Assembly: GCA_963844715.1 (NCBI GenBank)
Contig: CAWJPJ010000004.1
Coordinates: 64,001 to 128,000 of the forward strand
Source of the DNA: an uncultured Phycisphaerales bacterium
GTDB lineage: Bacteria > Planctomycetota > Phycisphaerae > Tepidisphaerales > Tepidisphaeraceae
Reading direction: 5' to 3'
Length of the DNA: 64,000 bases
In this document: in pieces, positions 20,892-30,529 of the stretch
How positions within the stretch are numbered: the stretch's first letter is position 1
Layout of the letters: the number at the start of each line of letters is the position of its first letter
Notes under the pieces: generated by a model
Database searches by the model: none
What the model saw: the letters and a program-made list of their open reading frames with translations, nothing else
What the model was told of the DNA's origin: nothing
Made by a program: the position numbers and the translations under genes

Positions 20892-21552
20892 ATGAACCTG
20901 ACACTCGTTTTAACGATTGCGTGCAGTCTGCTGGGGTCTTCGCCGATTTCGATTCGGTCCTCGACAACTGTGCGGGGCGATTATGTCGAAGGCGCGCACG
21001 GCCAGTGTCTTTGCTGGGCCTTGTCACTTCAACGGGGAAGTGATGACCACCGGGGGGGACGCGATTCTGGCTTGGCATGTGACATCGGGGACTTGGGGTG
21101 GGGTTGATCTTGCGGGGGTTCGGGCGATGGCGGCGGTGAGTTGTGAATCGAATCTTGCGGATGCGACGGCGGGGCGGCGGTCGGAAATTGTGATCGATAG
21201 CTCGGCTAGCAAGGCGCAATCCGCGGCGATGGTTTCGATGCTGCGATTTCGGATGGGCGAGGAATTGGGCGAGATCGGCAGCGTTCGTGCGGGGCGGATC
21301 GCGTTTGTTCATTACGGCCGGCAGTATCGCGTCAGCGCCGGCGGGTTTGGTGCGATGGACGTTCAGGGGATGCCTAACGATGAGTGCTGCAAGCAGCCGA
21401 ATTTGGTTTGGTATTCGCCGCTGATGCATCTGGATTGGCGGAAAGTTGGGTATACGACTACGGCCGAGTATTCGGCCGGGACGCTGACTGATCCGTGGGA
21501 GCGGGCTGACGAGAATGACGCGTTTTACGGAACGTTCTCGATCGCTCGCTGA
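20892..21552 (+). CDS. DUF1326-like exported protein (frameshift near 20990)
   Basis: Signal peptide, VRGDYVE(A)RTASVFAGPCHFNGE, GVDLAG, WYSPL. Confidence 0.7.
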
Positions 21553-21910
21553 ATCCGGGTGGGGACCCGGTCTATTTCGTTGCCGGGGCTTTCGTCCAAT
21601 AAAAGATCGAATCTATTGAACCTGCCTGGGGGGCGCGGAGTTTTGGGCGGCTCATTTCCGGGCTGAATCGTTGGGAGGCGGCCGGTTCCATCCGATGAAT
21701 AATTTGATGTCCATGTCAACTCCATTTTACGGGTGGAGTGATGATGTGACACGAATCGTATTTGAATCGCGCGCCTGCTCCCTCCGGTCGCGCCGAAACT
21801 GGCTGAAAAGGATAGTGCGTGTTCCCCCGGATTACCTTTGGAGGGGGAAAAGGGCGCGTGGATATCAAATCGGGTCCGTGTGACACGGGAATTGGGACGC
21901 CGCAAATGGC

Positions 21911-24794
21911 TTGGCGCCTTTTGGGGAAGTTATTCGAAGCGGTTTAAAGAATAATCTGCGGAAGTTTTTGCCTCGAAGCCTTCAGGCGCGATTGATCGTC
22001 GCGCTGATTCTGGTGGCGGGGCCGATCCTGCTTTCGGCGGTGCTGTGGTTGGGCTGGCAATCGGCGCGGCTTGCCGAGTTGTCGGCGGATCAGCATATGG
22101 CGAATCAGGCGGCGTCGGTCGCGGATAACGTCGAGCGTTGGGACCACTACTTTGTGATGGCGCTGGAGAATCTGCGCGGGCAGCCGGACATTTTGAACAT
22201 GTATCCGCCGGACCAGATTCCGGTGCTTCAGCAGATGCAGAAGTCGTACGAGCGGCTGGCGATTGTGCGGGTGACCCGGGCGGACGGCATCAGCGTGGCG
22301 CGAACCGACGGCACGGCCCCGATGGACTACGGCGATCGCGATTGGTTCAAGGCGTGCATGGGGGGGCGCTCGGTCACGAGAGAAGCGCTGATCACCAAAA
22401 CCGGGCACAAGGCGGCGCTGAATTTTTCCATGCCGATTCTGGATGAGAAGGGGAAAATAGTCGGGGTGTTGTCGGCGGTCACCTATTTGACGTCGATGTC
22501 GGATGTGCTGGGGATTTCCGCGGGCGATCCCGGGGAGGAGATTTTTGTTGTCGACGAGCGGGGTCTGGCGCTGGCCGCGCCATTACTACAGAGGACCGAC
22601 AGTCTGACCGATCTGCGCGGCTCGCCGCCGGTTCAGCGATTGCTGCACGGGCAGGACGGGGCGATGGCATTTACGGATTCCTCCGGGACGGAATGGTTCG
22701 CGCAAGCGGTGAAGCTTTCCAACGGGTGGTCGATCGTCTGCCAGATCCCCAAACAGGCCGTCATCGCGCAAAGCAAGGAAATGATGCGCACGGCGTACGC
22801 GCTGGCGGTGTCGGCGCTGTTGTTCCTGGCGGGTTTGGGTGGGCTGGTCGCCAAAAAGATGACCCGTCCGATCCGCGAATTAACGGGGGCGGCGGACGAC
22901 CTGGCATGCGGAAACTGGTCGCGCCGCGTTCGCGGCGATGGGGCCGATGAATTGGGGCGGCTGGCGAGTTCATTCAACAAGATGGCGGGGCATCTGGAGG
23001 CGGCCTACCGGCAGGCGGAGGCGCGTTCGCTCGAGCTTCAGAAGGCGAACGAAGCGCTGCAAGCCAGCGAGGAGCGATATGCGCTGGCGATTCGCGGGGC
23101 CAACGACGGGCTTTGGGACTGGGATCTCAAGACGGGCAGGGTGCATTACTCGGCGCGGTGGAAGGAAATGCTGGGGTGCGAGGACGCGCAGATCGGGGAT
23201 TCTTTGCAGCACTGGATTAGCCGAGTGCATCCCGACGATTTGGAATCGATCCATACGGCGATCGCGGCGCATCGCGAACAGGTTACTCCGCACTTTGAAG
23301 TTGAACATCGTTTGTTGCACACGGACGGGCGTTATCGCTGGATGCTGGCGCGTGGAACTGCGGTTTGGGACGGGGCGGGGCAGGCGACTCGCATGGCCGG
23401 GTCGCTGACTGATGTCACGGCGCGGCGCGAGGCGGAGGAGCAATTGCTCGAGGATGCCCTGCACGAACGCGCTGACGGGGATGCCGAACCGCGTGCTCTT
23501 TTGCGATCGGCTGGAGCGGTCGCTGTCGCGGATGACGCGGGATCCGGATCACGCGTTTACGGTGCTTTTTCTGGACGTGGATCGGTTCAAGGGAATTAAC
23601 GACAGCCTGGGGCACGGGGTGGGGGACCAATTGCTGATCGCCTTTGCGCGGCGGATCAGTTCGTCGCTGCGCCCGAGTGACACGTTCGCGCGGCTGGGCG
23701 GGGATGAATTCACGATTTTGCTGGAGGACCCGCGCGAGCCGGACGACGCGGTCAGCGTCGCGACGCGAATTCTGAATGTACTGAAGGAGCCGTTCAATCT
23801 GGATTCGCACGAGGTGTTTATATCGACGAGCATCGGGATCGCGCACAGCGGGACGCGGTATTCGCGGCCGCAGGAAGTTCTGCGCGATGCGGACATCGCG
23901 ATGTATCGAGCCAAGGCCAAGGGGAAGAATTGCTACGAAGTCTTTGACGTGGGAATGCACACGCGGGCGGTGAAGCTGCTGCAGATGGAAAACGATTTGC
24001 GCCGGGCGATCGATCGGAAGGAATTTGAGCTTTTTTATCAGCCGATCATTCGCATGAACAGCGGGAAGGTTCGGGCGTTCGAGGCGCTGATTCGGTGGCG
24101 GCATCCGGTGCAGGGGTTGATTCCGCCTAACGACTTCATACCCATGGCGGAGGAGACGGGGCTGATCATTCCGATCGGGTGGTGGGTTTTGGAGCAGGCG
24201 TGCCTTCAGGCGGTGCAGTGGCACGCGATCCGGCCGGATCAGTTGATCGATATGAACGTGAATCTTTCGGGGAAGCAGTTTTCACAGCCGGACCTGGTGG
24301 ATCATGTGGTGAGAATTTTGAATGAAACCGGGCTGCCGGCGCAACATTTGATTCTGGAGATGACGGAGAGCGTGGTGATGGAGAATCCGGAGGCGACGGC
24401 GGCGACATTACGCCATCTGAAAGACCTCGGGGTGCAGCTGAACATCGACGATTTCGGGACGGGTTATTCTTCGCTGGCGCATTTGCAGCGGTTCCCGGTG
24501 GACACGATGAAGATCGACCGGTCGTTCGTGGCGCAGATGATTGAGCGGCCGGAGAACGCGGAGATCATCCGGACTATTGTGCATCTGGCGCATAGTCTGA
24601 ATATGAAGGTCACCGCCGAGGGGATCGAAAGTCCGGAGCAACTGGCACAGTTGGAATTGCTCAATTGCGAGAACGCTCAGGGGTTTCTTTTTTCGCGGCC
24701 GCTGGATAGCAAGTCGGCGACGGAGTTGCTGCGGCAGTGGTCGCCGGAGAACGCGGCGCGGCTTGTGGCGTCTCCGGCTACGTCGTCGATTTAA
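21911..24794 (+). CDS. Cache-HAMP-PAS-GGDEF-EAL c-di-GMP signalling protein (frameshift near 23465)
   Basis: Two TMs, DRDWF Cache, DELGRLASSFNKM HAMP, GANDGLWDWD PAS, RLGGDEF, FEALIRW, IDDFGTGYSSL. Confidence 0.92.
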
Positions 24795-24975
24795 TCTGCG
24801 TCGGCGCACACACACCGGCGATGGGATCTGACGCGGGGAAATCGGAGTGATGGAAAAGCAGCCGAACTTTTTCTGCGATTCTGCGCAGAGATCGTGGATT
24901 TGTGGATGAACGCTGCGTCAACTGCGGGAACTTGCATGTCGGTACAGAAAAAACGGGCAGTCGCATACCGAGAAC

Positions 24976-25689
24976 TCAAGGGCATTGGCGCTTTCCTTCC
25001 TCTACCATAAACATTCTCTTGCAGGCAGGACAGTAGAGGTAGTACTCGTAGTAATAGGTCTGCCCAGTTTTCGGCTTTTTGTCGCGTGGCATGCGTCGAA
25101 TAAGCGGCGTGGAGCATTCCCGGCATGGCGCGCCCTCGGCGAGCTTTGGCTCCGGCTGCTTCGCGGGCGCTGCCAGATTACTGAAGGCATTCTCCTGCTC
25201 CGGTTTCTCTTCATAACCGGGATCTGCCGACAGGTCTTTGCTTTTCAGCAATCGGATGGAGAGAGCATCGCATCGCTCATTTTCAGCATTTCCCGCGTGT
25301 CCTTTGACCCATTTGAACGCCACGCGATGGATCTGGCACAATTTCCACAACTCTCGCCACAAATCCGCGTTTATGACGGCCTTTTTTCCCCGATGCCAGT
25401 TCATTGCGCGCCACCGCTCTACCCATCCGTCCGACATGGCCTGCACAAGATACTTTGAGTCACTATACAGTGTCACATCGCAAGGTTCCTTTAGTATTTG
25501 GAGCCCGTGAATGGCAGCATAGACTTCCATCCGGTTGTTCGTGGTGCGCCGAAATCCACCGAAAAGCTCTCGGCGCCGGTCCCCATAGATGAGGATCACC
25601 CCATAGCCGCCGGGACCCGGATTCGGCTCTGCCGCCCCGTCGGTGTAGATGACCACATTTTTTCGGCCCTCGCTCATCGGGGTTGTCAT
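24976..25689 (-). CDS. rnhA: Ribonuclease HI with C-terminal CxxC...CxxC extension
   Basis: IYTDGA..NPGPGG, TTNNRME, YSDSKY, NADLW, WVKGHAG..ENERCD; tail CREC...CPAC. Confidence 0.92.
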   Translation of the reverse strand: MTTPMSEGRKNVVIYTDGAAEPNPGPGGYGVILIYGDRRRELFGGFRRTTNNRMEVYAAIHGLQILKEPCDVTLYSDSKYLVQAMSDGWVERWRAMNWHRGKKAVINADLWRELWKLCQIHRVAFKWVKGHAGNAENERCDALSIRLLKSKDLSADPGYEEKPEQENAFSNLAAPAKQPEPKLAEGAPCRECSTPLIRRMPRDKKPKTGQTYYYEYYLYCPACKRMFMVEEGKRQCP

Positions 25690-25826
25690 GGTGGGTCTAG
25701 GATTTTCGATGTGCAATGTACTGACACGCCGGGAGGAAAAAAAGCTATCGGTTCAAATCCCGTCGCATGGTCGACGCGCGCCGTCCTGCGCGGGTAAAGC
25801 GGCGCCGCGGTTTTCATACAGTTGTG

Positions 25827-26188
25827 TCAAACTGCCCGTCGATCCAGCCCATTGATCAGGCCCGAAAGCATGCGGGCGATTTCTTCGAGCTTGTTTTTGA
25901 GGTCCGAGTGTGCATCGGGTTTGAGTAAGCCTTGCGCGCCGCCAGTTCCGGCAATGGTACGCATTCCTGCGCGCTGCCCCGTGCGATACCGAAGAAATTT
26001 CGTCTGTCGGCCTTGGTGAATCGTCCGTTGCCTTCAGCAATGTTGGCGGCGATGGAGAGTGCAGCACGGCTCAGCTGATCACCCAGGAAGAACTAACCGC
26101 GCGGCAGGTTGCGGGTGATTGTACATATCTCGTCGGCGAAACTGATCGCCCTTTGATAGACGAGTAGTTTCTCGAATGCGAACGCCAT
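25827..26188 (-). pseudogene. Four helix bundle protein (23S rRNA IVP/Avd-like), in-frame TAG at 26093-26095 plus a frameshift
   Basis: Own translation: MAFAFEKLLVYQRAI...LPRG*FFLGDQLSRAALSIAANIAEGNGR...FFGIARGSAQEC / ...KLEEIARMLSGLI. Confidence 0.85.
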
Positions 26189-26520
26189 TCGTTGGATCGT
26201 AACCTAAGAAAGTAGAGAGGAGAAAGTAGACCGCAGGAGAGCTTGGCCTGTTACCCCCGTTGCCGCTCTAACGCAGGTATTGCCCCCCTGCTCTCCTTTC
26301 TACTTTCCACGCCTCTCCTGCTCTATTTTTCGCTGCCGCGAAAAATCGGGGCGACAAGACACCAGTTGAACTTTTCCTCGTTCTTTGCACTAAAATGTCG
26401 GGCCTCAAGCCTACTGGCAGTGGGCTTCGGGAATTAATTCAAGGCATTACGATATTGCCGTCTCTAGAGGTTGGCTTGCCAGAAGAGGTAGGCTGACGGC
26501 TCTTTTGCGTCGACCAAGTT

Positions 26521-26795
26521 TCAAAAGAGCAATCCCTGCGTGTCCTTTTTGGGATAGAATAGGCCGATGACAACCCAGGAACTAGGATGTGCTAAGATCG
26601 TTCCCACAATGAAACGAGTGTCTTTGTCGGGACCACAAAGCTCGTCCAGGAACTTCTGCTTAACTTGCTTCGCTGCCGCTTCAGAATCCGTCCCCTTGTC
26701 GCGCAGTCGCCAGTAGAGTGCGCCAACTTCCCAATCTTCGATCATCATTTGGTGACCCTTGCACCGACCATCATCACATTCGAACTTGTATTTCC
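26521..26795 (-). pseudogene. C-terminal fragment of a conserved hypothetical protein that I recall next to DUF488 genes
   Basis: YKFECDDGRCKGHQMMIEDWEVGALYW...KQKFLDELC...FIVGT...WVVIGLFYPK; N-terminus absent. Confidence 0.6.
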
Positions 26796-26934
26796 CCTTG
26801 AGTGGGTTGGACGCGGGTTGCCCTCATCGGTGGCATTATATCAAGCCTCGCGTGTCTCTGGCGATGCCCGCGAACTTCTGTTATCGGCTGAATTCAAGCG
26901 CATAGTCGGGTTACGCCGATGCTCAAGGAGCATC

Positions 26935-27276
26935 ATGCCAGCAAAGCGAATTCAACTCCGTCGATCCCGTGGATGGAGAATGCCTCCGAACGTGCGCAAG
27001 GTGGACCGTACGACCAAATGGGGTAATCCCTTTAGGATTGGTCAAATCGCGTCGCACCCTCTGACAAAGAGGTCTGTTCACGTCGCAAACGCTGAAATAG
27101 CCGTCGCGCTTTTTGCGGAATATCTGCACACCCGTGAGGGAGTCGCGCTCCTTGACATTGCCAGAAACGAGCTTCGCGGGAAAGATTTAGCGTGTTGGTG
27201 CAAGCCCGGCAATGCGTGCCACGGCGATGTGTTGCTACGCGCCATCTATGAGCCGGCGGCCCGACAAGCTGCGTAA
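26935..27276 (+). CDS. DUF4326 domain protein
   Basis: AAGGAG RBS; RIQLRRSRGWRMP, VDRTTKWGNPF, ELRGKDLACWC, CHGDVL. Confidence 0.88.
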   Translation: MPAKRIQLRRSRGWRMPPNVRKVDRTTKWGNPFRIGQIASHPLTKRSVHVANAEIAVALFAEYLHTREGVALLDIARNELRGKDLACWCKPGNACHGDVLLRAIYEPAARQAA

Positions 27277-27279
27277 TCC

Positions 27280-27837
27280 CTATTGGATTGCCACGATTGT
27301 CGCCTCTGTCTGATCCGCAACCAAGTCTGCAATCACGCTCCGGTGGCAGTCTTCGTGGAGCCTTTCATAACATAGTAGCGCCGTTGGAATGCGTCGCGAA
27401 CTCTCTGCCAACCGTGCGATTTCGGGCATCATGGTTTCAACCGCCCATGCTCGAAAGCGATCGGCAAATCGGTGAAAATCGCCCGAGGCATGTAGCTCGT
27501 CTCGCTGCTCCGCAGTGGAGCCTAGCATTGACCAAGCTTGGTACTCGATCCGATTCGCTTTGCACAATGCGCGCAGAGATGCGGCACGAAAATCTGGTTT
27601 TCGTGAGGTTGGACGTTCGCGGATATCCGCGATTGCCTTCACTCCTTGGTCAAGTAAAACGCTAATCAGCCCGTCACCGTCGCGTCGCTCGTAACCGACT
27701 GTATAGAGCGTGACGTTTTTGCCACTCCGAATCAATTTCGTATATCCGGTATCGGTCACCTTCGAGGCAACGCCGAAAGAGGCGAGTTTCTTGGCGTTCG
27801 CTGCTTTGCGCTGTTGAATGTCTGAGAAGAGGTCCAT
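27280..27837 (-). CDS. DUF488 domain protein
   Basis: LYTVGYE, IADIRERPTSRKPDF, ALLCYE...CHRS. Confidence 0.88.
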   Translation of the reverse strand: MDLFSDIQQRKAANAKKLASFGVASKVTDTGYTKLIRSGKNVTLYTVGYERRDGDGLISVLLDQGVKAIADIRERPTSRKPDFRAASLRALCKANRIEYQAWSMLGSTAEQRDELHASGDFHRFADRFRAWAVETMMPEIARLAESSRRIPTALLCYERLHEDCHRSVIADLVADQTEATIVAIQ

Positions 27838-27962
27838 TGAACACCTGCGGGGTTGTGTAACTTAAAGGGGTTGGCCGAGCCCCATGTTGGCGTAGCATGG
27901 GCCTCATCCGAATGCGTTTTTGAACGGATTCTAGCGAAAAGTTCGAATCCCGTCACAACCCC

Positions 27963-27992
27963 AAAGAAAAACCCCTTGTTATGCAAGGGGTT
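27963..27992 (-). terminator. Intrinsic terminator downstream of tRNA-Pro
   Basis: AACCCCTTG-N5-CAAGGGGTT stem followed by a T-rich tract on the minus strand. Confidence 0.65.
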
Positions 27993-28001
27993 AGGCAATC
28001 A

Positions 28002-28075
28002 TCGGGGCGACAGGATTCGAACCTGCGGCCTTCTGGTCCCAAACCAGACGCTCTACCAAGCTGAGCTACGCCCCG
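28002..28075 (-). tRNA. tRNA-Pro(TGG)
   Basis: CGGGGCGTAGCTCAGCTTGGTAGAGCG TCTGG-TTTGGGA-CCAGA AGGCCGCAGGTTCGAATCCTGTCGCCCCGA cloverleaf. Confidence 0.97.
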
Positions 28076-28172
28076 GGCTTTTATAGTTTATCGTGGAAGT
28101 GAGGCGGGGGGCAAACGGGGGGCGTTTCTCAAATGGCCCTACGGATGGCCCTTCGACGTCGCTCAGGCCGGG

Positions 28173-29261
28173 CTATCCGTAGGCTTTGGCGGCGTGGAAC
28201 TGACATACTAAATCGAAGACTTTGCCGGCGTGGCGCTTGGCTACGGCTTCGTCTTTTAGCATGGCGATGTTTAGGGTGTCGCAGGTGAATTCGGCTTCGA
28301 GGTTGCTTTCTACGCCGCGACCCATGCCTTCTAGGATTAGGAAATCGGCGTCTTGGGCGGCTTCATTTAATGCTGGGTCGATTTGACTTAAATCAATGAG
28401 GGGCTCGCCGGTGCCTGTGGCTACTTGGGTGATGGGTAGGGTTGCGAAGGATGGCTCGATTGCCAGAACTTTTGGCCACCAGGCTTGGACGTCTTCGATG
28501 GTCATGTCGTTGAGGGTGGGGCGGGAATTGGCGGCCATGACGACTGGGGTTCCGCGCTGGGCCAGCCAGCGGATCATGGGGAGGGCGCCGAGGAGAAAAT
28601 CGCTGCCGGCGTTGTCGATGAAGAAGAGGGCCTTTTTGTGTCTGGGGCCTTTTAGGAGGCGGTCGTGGAGTGAGCGAAAATCGTCGATGAGCCAGGGGTG
28701 GGCGCGGAGTGAATCTCTGGTGGCGAAAAAATCTGGGCTGGAGTTTAGGAATTTTTTGGCGGTGGCATCGGCGCCCATGTCGAAGATGTTTCCGGCGAAC
28801 ACGCCTTGGATGATGGCGCGGAATTGATCTTCGCCGGTTAGGGCGTCGAGCTGGGCGCATACTTTGGGCAAGAGGGGGAGCATGCCGGCGTTTTCGCGAT
28901 TTTTCAGATCGATGAAGGGATCGACGAAGCCGTACTTGCGGAGGAGGCCGTCGCGCCAGGCGTCTAGGGTTAGGATGGTGACGCGGCCTTGGCTATCGGG
29001 GGCGGCACCGAAGGCGTCGAAAGTTTTATAGAACTCGACGCGGCAGGCGGCGGCTCGGGTTTGGGCGGTTTCTCTTGATTCGCCGCGGGCTGCGGCGGCG
29101 TCGATGCCGAGGGCGAGCATTGTGTTCAAGTGGCGTTTGAAGAATTCTAGCCAATGGGCTCGGCCCCAGGCATCGACGGAGAGGTCCCATGAGCAGGCGA
29201 CGTATTTGGTCGGATCGGCGATTTTACAGAAGGGGACTGGCCGGGATGAGGTGAGCGTCAT
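28173..29261 (-). CDS. ARMT1/DUF89-like damage-control phosphatase
   Basis: AGNIFDMG, FIDNAGSDFLLG, PTLNDMT, ILEGMGRGVESN. Confidence 0.88.
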   Translation of the reverse strand: MTLTSSRPVPFCKIADPTKYVACSWDLSVDAWGRAHWLEFFKRHLNTMLALGIDAAAARGESRETAQTRAAACRVEFYKTFDAFGAAPDSQGRVTILTLDAWRDGLLRKYGFVDPFIDLKNRENAGMLPLLPKVCAQLDALTGEDQFRAIIQGVFAGNIFDMGADATAKKFLNSSPDFFATRDSLRAHPWLIDDFRSLHDRLLKGPRHKKALFFIDNAGSDFLLGALPMIRWLAQRGTPVVMAANSRPTLNDMTIEDVQAWWPKVLAIEPSFATLPITQVATGTGEPLIDLSQIDPALNEAAQDADFLILEGMGRGVESNLEAEFTCDTLNIAMLKDEAVAKRHAGKVFDLVCQFHAAKAYG

Positions 29262-29291
29262 TTCAAAATCTCAGGACAAAATACTGAATTA

Positions 29292-29395
29292 GCCACAGAT
29301 GGAAATCAGATGGACACGGATAATAGAGTTGCCAGTTGTTAGTTGCCAGTTGCCAGTGAAAATCCATCTGTGCGAATCGGTGGGCCATCTGTGGC
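29292..29395. repeat. Composite hairpin: GCCACAGATGG/CCATCTGTGGC arms enclosing a GTTGCCA heptamer run
   Basis: 11-bp perfect outer inverted repeat; inner CAGATG/CATCTG repeats. Confidence 0.8.
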
Positions 29396-29640
29396 GACAA
29401 ATCTTTTTTACCAGGCGTAGGCTTCGGGGGCTTCGGCGCCGGGGCCTGGCCAGATTTCGTTTAGGCGGGCTAGGGTGGGGGCGTTGAGGGTGAGATCGAC
29501 GGAACGGAGGACGCTGGTCATTTGGTCTATGGTGCGGGGGCCGATGATGGGGGCAGTGATGGCGGGGTTTTGGATGAGCCAGGCGAGGGCGACGTTGGCG
29601 GGGGATTCGTTCAATTCGCGGCAGAGTGCTTCCCAGGCTT

Positions 29641-30479
29641 CTAGGGCCTGTCTGATGAATCCAAAATCCTGAAATAGCGACGGATCATGGCGAGCTTGGC
29701 CATGGCCTGAAAGTTCACCGCCAGTTTCTCGTAACGCGTGCCCAGGCGGCGATTCTCCTTCATCCAATTCACGCAACGCTCCACCACGTTCCGTCGGCGA
29801 TACGCCTTGCGATCAAAGTTCTCCTGCGGCGGCTGATTCGATTTCGCCGGGATCACCGCTTGGATTCGGTGGCGACGCAGCCATCGCCGCACATTTCCGT
29901 AACTGTATCCCTTGTCGCCCGCCAGCCTCCTGGGGCGACGACGGCGGCGACCGATGCGCATCGCGTTCATCACCGGCTCCACGTACCGGCTCTCGTGGCA
30001 TTGGCCGGCGCTGGCCTCGACGGCGAGCGGAACTCCCTGGCCGTCAGTAACCAGGTGGAGCTTGCTGCCCCACCCGCCTCGGCTGCGGCCCAACGCGTGA
30101 TCCGCCGGTTCTTCCGGGGCGGTTTTGATTTTCTGGCTCCGGCGGCGGATCGACTGGCTCGCACATTGGTGCCGTCGATGCACCACAGGTCCCAGTCGAT
30201 TCGTCCTTGCTTGTCCAACCTCATCTGCAGCCGCTGGAGGATTCGATCAATCGTTCCGTCCTTTCTCCAGCGGTTGAAGCGGTCGTAGACGCTTTGCCAT
30301 CTGCCGTAACGTTCGGGCATCTCGCGCCATTGAGCGCCCGAGTGCAGAATCCAGAACATGCCGTTGAGCGTGGTGCGGTGGTCGTTCCACTGCCCGCCGC
30401 GCTTGCCGTTGCCGGGCAGCAGATCGCCGATCAACTCGTACTGCTCATCCGTGAGCTCATAACGTCGCATCCGTGACAC
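29641..30479 (-). CDS. IS5 transposase in two overlapping ORFs (orfA 30479-29970, orfB 30186-29641)
   Basis: YELTDEQ, GMFWILHSGAQWREMPERYG, IDGTNVRA, GRSRGGWGSKLH, GDKGY, RNVVER, RRLGTRYEK. Confidence 0.93.
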
Positions 30480-30529
30480 CTCGTCTGAAAACCGCTATTT
30501 ATAACCAAAAGCGATTCATCAGACAGGCC
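29645..30529 (-). mobile_element. IS5-family (IS427-like) insertion sequence, 17-bp perfect terminal IRs, CTAG (or TA) target duplication
   Basis: GGCCTGTCTGATGAATC...GATTCATCAGACAGGCC; CTAG at 29641-29644 and 30530-30533. Confidence 0.95.

Larger units (their letters stand above)
26345..28012. mobile_element. Decayed tRNA-Pro-integrated islet bounded by the 12-bp direct repeat ATCGGGGCGACA
   Basis: Repeat at 26345-26356 and 28001-28012 (tRNA 3' end); AT-richer cargo; no intact integrase. Confidence 0.7.

Noticed and set aside
21690..21900. FNR/CRP-like sites or a c-di-GMP riboswitch upstream of the GGDEF-EAL gene
   Set aside because: TTGA...TCAA spacing is wrong, TGTGA half-sites lack partners, and no GEMM consensus was recognised
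26093..26095. In-frame TAG as pyrrolysine or stop-codon reassignment
   Set aside because: TAG is used as a normal stop elsewhere in the window and the same gene also has a frameshift
24976..26340. DGR or retron (Avd-like gene plus RNase H)
   Set aside because: No reverse transcriptase and no TR/VR pair differing at adenines seen in the window
27941..27963. GTTCGAATCCCGTC T-arm-like fragment on the + strand as a second tRNA or att site
   Set aside because: No acceptor, D or anticodon arms; too short to support
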